Assembly: GCF_006345805.1 (NCBI RefSeq)
Contig: NC_043020.1
Coordinates: 7,254,001 to 7,318,000, forward strand
Length of the DNA: 64,000 nt
Direction of reading: 5' to 3'
DNA from: Octopus sinensis
Taxonomy: Eukaryota
The notes beneath the pieces were generated by a model. The model had not been told where the DNA came from, did no database searches, and saw only the letters and a program-made list of their open reading frames with translations. Both the position numbers and the translations under genes were made by a program. Below, in pieces: positions 51,026 to 64,000 of this stretch (position 1 is the first letter of the stretch; each line of letters begins with the position of its first letter).

Positions 51026-51764
51026 ATATGTTTGTGTGTCTGTGTTTGTCCCCCTAGCATTGCTTGACAACCGATGCTGGTGTGTTTATGTCCCCGTGTA
51101 TGTTTGTGTGTCTGTGTTTGTCCCCCTAGCATTGCTTGACAACCAAAGCTGGTGTGTTTATGTCCCCGTGTATGTTTGTGTGTCTGTGTTTGTCCCCCTA
51201 GCATTGCTTGACAACCGATGCTGGTGTGTTTACGTCCCCGTCACTTAGCGGTTTGGCAAAAGAGACCGATAGAATAAGTACTGGGGGGGCTTAAAAAGAA
51301 TAAGTCCCAGGGTCGATTTGCTCGACTAAAAGGCGGTGCTCCAGCATGGCCACAGTCAAATGACTGAAAACAAGTAAAAGAGAGATCTAAATTAAAAAAC
51401 CTTCTATTCAAGTCCCATGCTAATTTTCTGCTCCAAACCAGTTTGATAATGAGAGATTCATTATATTTTGCTAAATTCTTCATTATTTTCAAAATTAATT
51501 GAAGCAAAGGTAGAGTGTTCCAGTAGAAATATGGTAACAAAAGGGTTAAAGTGATCTAAATTAAAATCTTCCATCCAAATTTTTTGTTAATTTATGTTTC
51601 CAACTGAAGATAACGAGCTGGCAGGATCGTTAGCACAACAGGCAAGATGCTTGGCAGTATTTCATCTATACTCTTTTACTTGTTTCAGTCATTTGACTGC
51701 GGCCATGCTGGAGCACCGCCTTTAATCGAGCAACTCGACCCCAGGACTTATTCTTTTGTAAGCC

Positions 51765-54195
51765 CACCATCCGAGTGTGGCCGTCTGCCAGCCTCGCCTG
51801 GCACCTGTGTCGGTGGCACATAAAATCACCCACTACACTCTCGGAGTGGTTGGCGTTAGGAAGGTCATCCAGCTGTAGAAACACTGCCAGATCTGACTGG
51901 CCTGGTGCAGCCTTCGAGCTTGCCAGACCCCAGTTGAACCGTCCAACCCATGCTAGCATGGAAAGCGGACGTTAAACGACGATGATGATGATGATGAGTA
52001 CTTATTCTATCGGTCTCTTTTGCCGAACCACTAAGTAACAGGGACATAAACACACCAGCATCGGTTGTCAAGCAATGCTAGAGGGACAAACACACACACA
52101 CATACATATACATATATATATACATATATACGACGGGCTTCTTTCAGTTTCCGTCTACCAAATCCACTCACAAGGCTTTGGTCGGCCCGAGGCTATAGTA
52201 GAAGACACTTACCCAAGGTATCACGCAGTGGGACTGAACCCAGAACCATGTGGTTGGTAAACAAGCTACTTACCACACAGCCACTCCTGCGCCTATCTTT
52301 ACATTCTAAGTTCAAGTTCTGCTGAGGTCAATTTTGTTTTTCATCCAATTGGGGGTCGATAAAGTAAGTCCCAGTTGAGTACGGTGGGGGTCGATGTAAT
52401 CGACTTACCCCTTCTCCCTAATTTGCTGGCCTTGTGCCAAAACTGGAAACAAATTTCTTTCAAACTAATTTAATAATGACAAAGTTATTTTTCTAAATTC
52501 ATCCTTTGCAGAACCAATTGTAACAGAAGCAGTGCACTTCATCAGAAATATGGTATCTAAGGGATTAAATTGATCCCCAAAACCCTCCATTAAAAATTCA
52601 TGTCATGTTCCAAGCCAGTTAAATAACACCAAAGTTATTTTATTAAATTCTTCATTAATTTCAAAATTAATTGGAACAAATCAACATCAATGGAAATTGC
52701 AGCTGTGATACCAGTGCCGGTGACAAGTAAGCGAACCATCCAATTGTGGACGTTGCCAGTGCCGCCCCGACTGACCTCCGTGCCGGTGGCACGTAAAAAG
52801 CACCATCCGTTCGTGGCCGTTGCCAGCCTCGCCTGGCCCCCGTGCCAGCGGCACGTAAAAAGCACCATCCGTTTGTGGCCGTTGCCAGCCTCGCTTGGCC
52901 CCCGTGCGGGTGGCACGTAAAAAGCACCCACTACACTCATGGAGTGGTTGGCATTAGGAAGGGCATCCAGCCGTAGAAACACTGCCAGATCTGACTGGCC
53001 TGGTGCAGCCTTCGAGCTTGCCAGACCCCAGTTGAACCGTCCAACCCATGCTAGCATGGAAAGCGGACGTTAAACGATGATGATGATGATGATGAGTACT
53101 TATTCTATCGGTCTCTTTTGCCGAACCACTAAGTAACAGGGACATAAACACACCAGCATCGGTTGTCAAGCAATGCTAGAGGGACAAACACACACACACA
53201 TACATATACATATATATATACATATATACGACGGGCTTCTTTCAGTAGTTTCCGTCTACCAAATCCACTCACAAGGCTTTGGTCGGCCTGAGGCTATAGT
53301 AGAAGACACTTACCCAAGGTATCACGCAGTGGGACTGAACCCAGAACCATGTGGTTGGTAAACAAGCTACTTACCACACAGCCACTCCTGCGCCTATCTT
53401 TACATTCTAAGTTCAAGTTCTGCTGAGGTCAATTTTGTTTTTCATCCTTTCGGGGTCGATAAAATAAGTCCCAGTTGAGTACGGTTGGGGGTCGATGTAA
53501 TCAACTTAACCCTTCTCCCTAATTTGCTGGCCTTGTGCCAAAACTGGAAACAAATTTCTTTCAAACTAATTAAATAATGACAAAGTTATTTTACTAAATT
53601 CATTCTTTGCTGAACCAATTGTAACAGAAACAGTGCATTTCATCAGAAATATGGTATCTAAGGGGTTAAAGTAATCCCCAAAACCCTCCATTAAAATTTC
53701 ACGTCATGTTCCAAGCCAGTTAAATAACATCAAAGTTATTTTACTAAATTCTTCATTATTTTCAAAATTAATTGGAACAAATCAACATCAATGGAAATTG
53801 CAGCTGTGATACCAGTGCCGGTGACAAGTAAGTGAACCATCCGATCGTGGCCGTTGCCAGCGCCGCCCCGACTGGCCTCTGTGCTGGTGGCATGTAAAAA
53901 GCACCATCCGTTCGTGGCCGTTGCCAGCCTCGCCTGGCCTCTGTGCCAGTGGCACATAAAAAGCACCATCCGTTCGTGGCCGTTGCCAGCCTCGCCTGGC
54001 CCCGTGCGGGCGGCATGTAAAAAGCACCCACTACACTCACGGAGTGGTTGGCATTAGGAAGGGCATCCAGCCGTAGAAACACTGCCAGATCAGACTGGAG
54101 CCTGGCGCAGCCTTCTGGCTTCACAGACCCCAGTTGAACCGTCCAACCCATGCTAGCATGGAAAGCGGACGTTAATGAGGATGATGATGATGATG
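51765..54195 (+). repeat. About 1.1-kb tandem duplication of a composite SINE D / SINE A / SINE B / MITE block
   Basis: The junction gatgatgagtacttattctatcgg occurs at 51997 and 53095 (offset 1098), and the block order is repeated. Confidence 0.88.
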
Positions 54196-54717
54196 AAAGA
54201 CCATATATTTCAACAAAAATGTATAACAGAGACTTAAGAGAGTGTATTTCAGAGAGATTTGGCTGCTATTTTGAGCAAGCTGAGTGGACTACATGATGGC
54301 AATGACTCCTTCGTTCGTTTGTTTAATCTTTTATTGCATTTTGCAGTAGTAGCGACGGAGTTTTGTTATGGAACCACCAAACTACATTATACCACATTAT
54401 GCTTCTAGTTAAGACTCCACAAAGCCACCCAGGCCCACCCCCCACCGTTCTCTTCAGACAATGGTTGAAGAGTGCTAATCTTTAGAAGGTTTGTCTCTCA
54501 GTCATGTCATGTGAGTGGTTGAGTGGGTGTCCCTTTTGAGCAGCTGCCAAAAGAATGCTGCAAACTTGATGTAGTCCTAGCTTATACTTTGGTATTGGAT
54601 TTCATTGTGCTTTCCTTCTGTTTTGAAGTCAGCCTACCACTGGATTTCAATTTGAAGAACTGACTGTGTGGTGCTACATGTACTAAAAGTTTACAAACCG
54701 GAATAAGATAGCTTGCT

Positions 54718-56108
54718 GTGGAGAAGAGGAAAAGTCTGTAGCTTCAGGAAGTACGTTTCAACAGAACAGTGCAATTAATGGCTATTTCTTTATTACGCAC
54801 AAGGGGCTAAACATAGAAGGGACAAACAAGGACAGACATAGGTATTAAGTCGATTAGTTAGTTAGTTAGTTAATTTTTTGGCTCAAAAGGCAAAAAGCAA
54901 GGCCATGTAGGGGGACATTAAGTTATGTACAGGGTGGTGTTCATGTAAAGAGTTCAGGCCACTTGTGGTCAAGGGAGACTTTGAACCGAGCGGTCGTCGG
55001 CATCTTCACCATCTTGTGGAGAAGAGGAAAAGTCTATAGCTTCAGGAAGTACGTTTCAACAGAACAGTGCAATTAATGGCTATTTCTTTATTACCCACAA
55101 GGGGCTAAACATAGAAGGGACAAACAAGGACAGATATAGGTAGTAAGTCGATTACAGCGACCCCAGTGCGTAACTGGTACTTATTTTATCGACCACCAAA
55201 AGGACGAAAAGTCGACCTCGGCAGAATTTGAACTCACAATGTAGCGACAGATGAAATACCTATTTCTATTTCTTTACTGCCCACAAGGGGCTAAACATAG
55301 AAGGGACAAACAAGGACAGACATAGGTATTAAGTCGATTAGTTAGTTAGTTAGTTAGTTAATTTTTTGGCTCAAAAGGCAAAAAGCAAGGCCATGTAGGG
55401 GGACATGGAGTTATGTATAGGGTGGTGTTCATGTAAAGAGTTCAGGCCACTTGTGGTCAAGGGAGACTTTGAACCGAGTGGTCGTCGGCATCTTCACCAT
55501 CTCGTGGAGAAGAGGAAAAGTCTGTAGCTTCAGGAAGTACGTTTCAACAGAACAGTGCAATTAATGCCTATTTCTTTATTACCCACAAGGGGCTAAACAT
55601 AGAAGGGACAAACAAGGACAGACATAGGTATTAAGTCGATTAGTTAGTTAGTTAGTTAGTTAATTTTTTGGCTCAAAAGGCAAAAAGCAAGGCCATGTAG
55701 GGGGACATGGAGTTATGTATAGGGTGGTGTTCATGTAAAGAGTTCAGGCCACTTGTGGTCAAGGGAGACTTTGAACCGAGTGGTCGTCGGCATCTTCACC
55801 ATCTCGTGGAGAAGAGGAAAAGTCTGTAGCTTCAGGAAGTACGTTTCAACAGAACAGTGCAATTAATGCCTATTTCTTTATTACCCACAAGGGGCTAAAC
55901 ATAGAAGGGACAAACAAGGACAGACATAGGTATTAAGTCGATTAGTTAGCTAGTTAGTTAGTTAATTTTTTGGCTCAAAAAGCAAAAAGCAAGGCCATGT
56001 AGGGGGACATGGAGTTATGTACAGGGTGGTGTTCATGTAAAGAGTTCAGGCCACTTGTGGTCAAGGGAGACTTTGAACTGAGCGGTCGTCGGCATCTTCA
56101 CCATCTCG
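54718..56108 (+). repeat. About 300-bp tandem array (4 units, one extended) of unique DNA + SINE B tail + CR1 3' end
   Basis: gtggagaagaggaaaagtct recurs at about 54718, 55016, 55505 and 55807. Confidence 0.9.
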
Positions 56109-56209
56109 TCCGGCAGCTTATTCCACGGATCCGCGACCCGGACGGAGAAATCCCCTCTCCTTCGATTGAGATGAAATCGTCGCAGATAGAGCTTTTCGGA
56201 ATGACCCCA
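55942..56209 (-). mobile_element. 5'-truncated CR1-group LINE inserted into a SINE B
   Basis: Minus-strand GHSEKLYLRRFHLNRRRGDFSVRVADPWNKLPDEMVKMPTTAQFKVSLDHKWPELFT*, then a (TAAC)n tail. Splits SINE B near its ggggtcga motif. Confidence 0.8.
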
Positions 56210-58213
56210 GTGCGTAACTGGTACTTAATTTATCGACCCTGAAAGGATGAAAGGTAAAGTCGACCTCGGCGGAATTTGAACTCACAACATAATGGCAGAC
56301 GAAATACCGCTAAGCATTTCGTCCGGCGTGCTAACGTTTCTGCCAGCTCGCCACCTTGCTATCTAACCTGCTTCAGGCAGTACCTTGCAACATAAGAGTG
56401 CAATTAATGCCATTTACCCGTACCCCTACCCCCACAATCTCTAACCCTTTGTCACTCTCCTTTCAGACACTTGCAAACTCGCCCATCTGTCCTACCCTAT
56501 TCCCTCTTATATTCCAAAAGTCTACATGGTTCTGGGTTCAGTCCCCTAGTGTGGCACCTTGAGTGAGTGTCTTCTACTATAGCCTCAGGCCAACCAAAGC
56601 CTTGTGAGTGAATTTACTAGATGGAAACTGAAAGAAGCTCAGCGTATATATGTGTGAGTTTGTGTGTGTGTTTGTGTTTGTCCCTCACCAATGCATGACA
56701 ACCGGTGTTGGAGTGTCTATGTCCATGTAACTTAGCAGTTCAGCAAAAGAGACTGATAAAATAAATACTGGGCTTTAAAAAAATGGTACTGGGGTCAATT
56801 TATTTGACTATATACTCTTTTACTTGTTTCAGTCATTTGACTGCGGCCATGCTGGAGCATCGCCTTTAATCGAGCAACTCGACCCCGGGACTTATTCTTT
56901 TGTAAGCCCAGTACTTATTCTATCGGTCTCTTTTGCCGAACCGCTAAGTAACGGGGACATAAGCACACCAGTATATAAAAAAAATAGGAAAATTCTTCAA
57001 GGTGGTGCCCCAGCATGGCCACAGTCTAATGATTGAAACAAGAAAAACATAAAGGATAAACTAGAATAAATTTGCTGCGGAGAAGAGGAAAAGTCTGTAT
57101 TTTCGTGGAGAAGCACCTTTCACCCAAATGAGTGTTATTAATGCCACCAATCTAGACATGACTATCTCTAACCATTTGTCATTTCCCCCCTCATGCTTTT
57201 CTGAACTTACCCACCCACCTACCTTGATCCTCTGTCCCTATTCTCCCTTGTCCTCGCATTCTACTTTGGGTACACTCTGACACCTTGTCCCCATCTTTGT
57301 CTTCTTTCCAGTTACTCTCACCTACCCTTATATAATATGACCAGAGACTGAGACCTATGGAAGTATGCTGTGCGTGAGAAGACTCGGCAGGACAAGTGAG
57401 ACCATAACTCATGGCCTCTACATGTGATGTAGCTAGTCCACTTATGCATACCTTTCCTTCTTCGGACACAAAACTCTACTTGCGAAGACCTGTTGAGGCA
57501 AGTGAGAATCAAAATCAAAATCGAAATCGATCAACATCAATGGAAATTGTAACTGTGATACCAGTGCCGTTATGTTCTGAGTTCAAATTCCACCAAGGTC
57601 AACTTTGCCTTTCCTCCTTTTGGGTTTGATAAATTAAGTACTAATTGCATACTGGGGTCAATCAAATCGACTGGCGCCCTCCCCCAAAATTTCAGGCTTT
57701 ATGCCTATAGTAGAAGGATTCCTAAATTATAGTACTAATTTTATAGTACTAAATTTTATAGTAGTAAATTATAGTGATATCACTTTACTAGAAGCGGACT
57801 GGATGATGATATTCTATGTGGAGATCTAAACTTACCAACAGCAGTCGTACATCTAATTGTGGCAAGTAGTTTGCTTCCCAAACCACCTGGTTCTGGGTTC
57901 AGTCCCACTGCTTGGCACCTTGGGCAAGTGTCTTTTTTTATAGCCTCGGGTTGACCAAAGCATTATGAGTGGATTTGGTAGACAGAAACTGAAAGAAGCC
58001 CGTCATATATATATATATGTATATATATCATCATCATCGTTTAACGTCCATTCTCCATGCTAGCATGGGTTGGATGGTTCAACCAGGGACTGGGAAGCCA
58101 GGGGCTGCACTAGGCTCCAGTCTGATCTGGCAGTGTTTCTATAGCTGGATGCCCTTCCTAACGCCAACCACTCCGCGAGTGTAGTGGGTGCTTTTTATGT
58201 GCCACCGGCACAG

Positions 58214-58239
<26 letters not shown>

Positions 58240-58245
<6 letters not shown>

Positions 58246-58520
58246 TGTACGACAAAGCACAACTGTGCTGAGAGAAAAGTTAGGCATAAGAGGGATTAAA
58301 TGTGGTATGCAGGAGAGGAGACTGCATTGGTTTGGACACGTGATGTGTATGAGTGAGGACAGCTATATACAAAAGTGCCTGTTGTGGAAGAGGGAGATCT
58401 AGGAAGACATGGGATGAAGTGGTGTGGACTGATCTTAGGATGTTGGGGCTCACGGAGGAAATGACAGTGGGCCAAGCTGTTTGGCAATATGAGGTCCTAG
58501 AGAAGACCTGTCCATGAAAC
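58240..58520 (+). mobile_element. Decayed RTE-clade LINE 3' fragment
   Basis: LREKLGIRGIKCGMQERRLHWFGHVM, then a frameshifted GRSRKTWDEVV..DL..LGL. Confidence 0.8.
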
Positions 58521-58729
58521 TGAGTGCTAGAAGAGTTGTGTCCCACCCACATTTCACCCGCTCTACCCTAAGAAACCAAACTACAACTCCTCTTCACAGC
58601 ATCTTTCTCTTCCTCTTCATAAATTGTTTTCCAATCCCCTTTCTTGCCCTACTCACTGTATCACTGCTTCCCACACCCACACCCTATTTTTCTACCCCGG
58701 TTCTACTCTCGTATTCTTGTTACTTGTGA

Positions 58730-59125
58730 GCAGGAGTGGCTGTGTGGTAAGTAGCTTGCTAACCAACCACATGGTTCAGGGTTCAGTCCCACTGCGTGGC
58801 ACCTTGGGCAAGTGTCTTCTACTATAGCCTCGGGCCGACCAATGCCTTGTGAGTGGATTTGGTAGACGGAAACTGAAAGAAGCCCGTCGTATATATATAT
58901 ATGTGTGTGTGTATGCGTGTGTGTTTGTGTGTCTGTGTCCTCCTAGCATTGCTTGACAACCGATGCTGGCATGTTTACGTCCCCGTCACTTAGCGGTTTG
59001 GCAAAAGAGACCGATAGAATAAGTACTGGGCTTACAAAAGAATAAGTCCCGGGGTCGATTTGCTCGACTAAAGGCGGTGCTCCAGCATGGCCGCAGCCAA
59101 ATGACTGAAACAAGTAAAAGAGTAA
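58730..59125 (+). mobile_element. SINE family A (full length)
   Basis: Matches 571-957. Further copies at about 42590, 44980, 46362, 48915 (-), 50088 and 50418. Confidence 0.85.
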
Positions 59126-62100
59126 TACCCTAGCACTACACCATCTCTCTTACACTTTCACTGTTTCCTACTCTCTCTTTCCCTTTGGCCACTCTCTCTC
59201 TTCTCTTGTTTTTCCTCTGACCTTTACATCAGCACATTTGTTTTTGGCTTCTTTCAGTGGGTAACCATGTACCTCCTCTATAGCAAGACACCTATTTCTG
59301 TTACACTCTAACCTCTCATCATCTGATACTGGATTACCTCCACTAGTGCCCCCTCTGTTATGGCAAGACACCCGCCTCTATCTGTCTGTCTCTTTGTCAA
59401 ACTCTAACCTTTCATCCTCTGGCACAAGTTCCCCTCCTCAAATGCCCTGCCCCCCTCATAATTCCTTGTATTGTGAGTTACTCGGTTACCCTGCCAGTGT
59501 TGGTGCCACTTAAAAGCACCCAGTCCACACTGTAAGGTGGTTGGCATTTGGAAGGGCATCCAGCTGTAAAACTGATGCCAAAACTAACCTTGCCTCTGCT
59601 AATGCCATGTAGGAAAAGCATTGAGGCCACTCTGTAGAGTGGTTGGTGTTAGGAAGGGCATCATCATCATCATCATCATCGTTTAACATCCGTTTTCCGC
59701 GCTAGCACGGGTTGGACGGTTCGACCGGGGTCTGGGAAGCCAGGGGCTGTACCAGGTTCCAATCTTGATCCGGCAGTGTTTCTACAGCTGGATGCCCTTC
59801 CTAACGCCAACCACTCCGCGAGTGTAGTGGGTGCTTTTTACGTGCCACCTGCACAGGTGCCAGGGGGCGTCCGGCATCGGCCACGATCGCTTGGAGCTTT
59901 TAACGTGCCACCGGCACGGAAGCCAGCTAAGGCGGCGCTGGCAACGGCCACGTTCGGATGGTGCTTTTTATGTGCCACCGGCACAGAAGCCAGTCGGGGC
60001 GGCGCTGGCATCGGCCCAGCTGTAAAATCCCAGGCAAAATAGACACAGTAGCCTAGGGTAGTTTTTCTACCTGGCTGGCTCCTGTCAGCTGTCCTACCCA
60101 TACTTCACACAAAAAAAGCATTGAGTTACAAACAAACTGGAGTGTTTGTTGACATTTTCTCTCAACAAATCGCTGTGTAACACGATATTTTCAAAGAAGT
60201 ATGGAATAAGAAAAAATAAAATCTCTTATCTATTGTATTGTTAATGCTGTGATCTGAACTTCTAACATGAATATTCTCACAAAATCAACAGAAATAAGCT
60301 GCCCATTGAGAGGTGTATCCGGTTAAGTAACTTTTCTCACAATACATACAATAAATATACTGAGGTGTTGAGAATTACCTCAAAGGCCTAACAAAGGAAA
60401 TATAGCTTTGCTTGAATGATCACACACGGAAACAAAGTAAGATATCCTCGACATGTCTGTCACGGAAGGCTGGTACTTAATAGAACTGCTTGCATGATCC
60501 TTATTTGCAACCATCATGTGATGTCAAGATGAGGGTCACATATACCTGCATCTACAAAAAATCCACCCGTAAGGTTTTGATCAACCCAGGACTACTGCAC
60601 AGGGGAGCAGCCACCGTTGTCATTTCCCTGCATATTTATTTATCTCATAAGAGAACAGAAATAAATCTCGTGTCAAGACTTGTTAAATCTTTTATACTAA
60701 AGCAATCGTGAGAAAGCAGAATAGTATCAAAGTTTTAAATTCCTTTCATAGATATGACTGCTTAGATAGATATACTGTATGACAACACTTCTAGACAAAA
60801 GAGAGAGATAGCAAGTCCAGAGGAAAGAATGTAGTTTTCAAAGAAGTTCTTCTTTTTCTGAGACTGTACCTTCAGTTACTTCCAATGTGAACTTTACATC
60901 ATTTCAAATATTAACCACAAAAATAAAAGGTTGCAAGAAAAAAACCCCCCAAAAAATAGAAGACACTTGTCCTGTGTGGCACTTTGGGCGTCTTCTACTA
61001 CAGCCTCGGGCCGACCAAAGCCTTGAGGGGATTTGGTAGAGGGAAACTGAAAGAAGCCGGTCGTGTATATATATGTATATATATTTACGGAGATGTACTT
61101 GCATAGCGAGTGACTTGATCTGAGACCATGTGCTGGAACGAAAACAATTGCAGTGTGGAAGGTGTTTATAAGCTATTTAAGAAACACACAAAAATGGCTT
61201 ATAAACACCTTCCACGCTGCAATTATGTATATATATATATATATATATATATAGGTGCAGGCTTCCCAACCACATGGTACTGGGTTCAGTCTCACAGTGG
61301 CACCTTGGGAAAGTGTCTTCTGCTATAGCCTCGGGCCGACCAAAGCCTTGTGAGTGGATTTGGTAGATGGAAACTGAAAGAAGCCTGTCGTATATATATA
61401 TACACATATATATAGGCACAGGCTTGGCAAGTAGCTTCCTTCTCAACCACATAGTTCAGGGTTCAGTCCCACTGTGGCACCTTGGGCAAGTGTCTTCTAT
61501 AAGCCTCTGGCTGACCAAAGCCTTGTGAGTAGATTTGGTAGACGGAAACTGAAAGAAGCCCATTGTATATATAAATATCTATATATATATATAGGCGCAG
61601 GCATGGCAAGTAGTTTGCGTCCCAATCACATGGTACTGGGTTCAGTCCCACTGCGTGGCACCTTGGGCAAGTGTCCTCTACTATAGCCTCGGGTTGACCA
61701 AAACTAATGTTAACTTTCTGACTGGTTATATGCCATAACCAAAGACATATTACTTCATCGTCATCACTTAACGTCTACCTTTCATGCTGGCATGGGTTGG
61801 ATGGTTTGAGAGGAGCCAGCCAGGTAGAAGACTACACCAGGCTACTGAGTTTTGCTATGGTTTTTACGGCACTTAGATAAAATATAACTGCTCAAAGTTT
61901 TCTTTTAGTGAGTATTTTTTCCAGACTTATGGAGAACTGACTGATTACATATGTATATATATATATATATGCTGATGCTATATAAAGCACATTGGTGCCC
62001 TATAAAAAGCACCTAGTACACTCTGCAGAAAACATGCCAAAACGGAAAATTGGAGCAAAGATCACCATGACTGATCTAAATCCTCAAGTTTTTTTTTTAT

Positions 62101-62444
62101 TCTCTCTCTATTTCCTCATATTCCTTTCTGTTGAAGAGCATAGGCTCAAAACATAAAAGACTTTCTCACTTTCCCAAGCATCAAACCAATACACCTGCTT
62201 GTTGTTCATACACCTGTCTTCATCTTTTGTTTTTCTGTAAATTTCACCTATATATAGCCACATGTGAATTGTTGGTGATTTTCTTCTTCCATATTCCGTT
62301 CTATTGGACTTTCTTGTTTCCAAAGAAGAGCATGTGCTCGAAATGTTAAACCATCTTTCTTTCCTTCTTTGAGTATCTGCTAATACTTTTTACATGTACC
62401 ACATCCTTGCGTTGTTGTGTTTGTTTGTGTGTGTTCGTTTTTGG

Positions 62445-62791
62445 ATATATATATATATATATACATACATATATAGTACATATATACACCTATATACATA
62501 ATTTTATATATATACATATATATAACATATATATCTACATACATTATACTACATATATACATACATATATACATACAATATTACATACATATATATATAC
62601 ATACATACATATATACATACATACATACATATATACATACATACATATATACATACATACATATATACATACATATATATATACATATATATACATACAT
62701 ACATATATACATACATATATACATACATATATACATACATACATATATACATACATATATACATACATATATACATACATATATACATACA

Positions 62792-62825
<34 letters not shown>

Positions 62826-62983
62826 CATACATATATACATACATATATACATACATATATACATACATATATATATACATACATATATACATACATATAT
62901 ACATACATATATACATACATATATACATACATATATACATACATATATACATACATATATACATACATATATACACATATATA
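62445..62983 (+). repeat. (TACA)/(TA) compound microsatellite
   Basis: Direct inspection. It explains the YI/HT-rich spurious ORFs here. Confidence 0.97.
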
Positions 62984-63114
62984 CAGGGTGTCCCAATAAA
63001 ATGTATACACACCTTAAATAATTGTAAATTTGTTATTCTTTGTAAGCCTAGTACTTATTCTATCGTTCTCTTTTGCCGAACCACTATGTGTATACATTTT
63101 TTTGAGACACCCTG
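62984..63114. mobile_element. 131-bp Tc1/mariner-like MITE
   Basis: TA|cagggtgtcccaataaaatgtatacac ... gtgtatacatttttttgagacaccctg|TA. Confidence 0.8.
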
Positions 63115-64000
63115 TATATATACACACGAGAGAGAGAGAGAGAGAGAGTTCGATACATGGCATGGGTTTGGTGGGAACAAATAGAAATACATAGAACTAA
63201 ATACAGAAAGTATATAAATTTTTTTTTTCCAATTGTCAGAGAGTTACAAAAGTGACACAAGGGCCGAGAGAGTTCTTGGGGTCACACACGAAAACCTCAG
63301 TCCTTGAGTTACTTTCGCGACTTTCTGCCACTTAAAAATAATTAAAAAAAACAAAGAAAAATGACACAAAGCATGATACGTATGGGTTATTAAACACATT
63401 GAGAGTGGAAAAAAAAAAAATGTGTTCAGTCCAGGTCAAGCGATGTCAAACAACCTATGATTCAAAACCCTCCAACCGTGACCCGCCGCCGGCAGCCTTC
63501 GTAACGCAGATCTAGGCCAAATGTCTTCATGACACGAATTTCATTTACTTGTTTAGACGGAGGTATGTAAATTTATTTCAGCAGCTGTCTCTGCTTAATG
63601 TCCTAGACGGAAGTAAAGAGAAGAAATAGATCAAACCGCAAATATCCCGACAGATACAATGGGACGAAACCCGTTAGAAGAGACATTGAAACAGTTTACC
63701 TAATCTTATGGTTCTCAACGGAGGTCCGATAAGATCTTGTTGTTAAAAATTTGTGCAATAAAGTAGTTATACTTCTTACTATACACAAAACATATTAATT
63801 TTTTAAAAATACAATTCCTCATATTAGGTTATAAAAAATATAATAGTTTTTAGGCATCGAATGGCTGTGAGAGTTCCCTACCACCACCAGAATAAGAAAA
63901 AAAAAAGGAATGAAAAAGGTCCATAGATTAAAAAATGGTTAAGGAGTGGCTGTGTGGTAAGTAGCTTGTCTACCAACCACATGGCTCCGGGTTCAGTCCC

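Noticed and set aside
62407-63021. 204-aa YIHT-repeat ORF
   Set aside because: Translation of the (TACA)/(TA) microsatellite.

Overview
This is eukaryotic, repeat-saturated genomic DNA with one 100-N gap. The SINE families and the TA/CA/ATT microsatellite load suggest an octopus (coleoid cephalopod); that attribution is inferred, not tested. The only protein-coding gene I can support is PIGU (GPI transamidase subunit PIG-U) on the + strand. Ten GT-AG exons at 6871-30402 splice in one frame (1193 nt) to a TGA stop, and the first coding exon appears to lie upstream of the window. The rest is tRNA-derived SINEs (labelled A-D here for convenience), 5'-truncated RTE and CR1-type LINE ends, Penelope-like fragments, a non-autonomous Helitron, hAT/mariner/piggyBac MITEs, SINE-derived tandem arrays and long inverted repeats. 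Best leads: (1) a 357-bp terminally redundant element with a hammerhead-ribozyme core in a PIGU intron, resembling a retrozyme/circRNA insertion; (2) a SINE that forms head-to-tail arrays through the same junction at three loci; (3) long hairpins next to PIGU exons that could be ADAR substrates; (4) a nearly spacer-less ~367-bp palindrome; (5) a repeated pseudoknot-like module inside a SINE. No database searches were run, so repeat family names and novelty are unverified.
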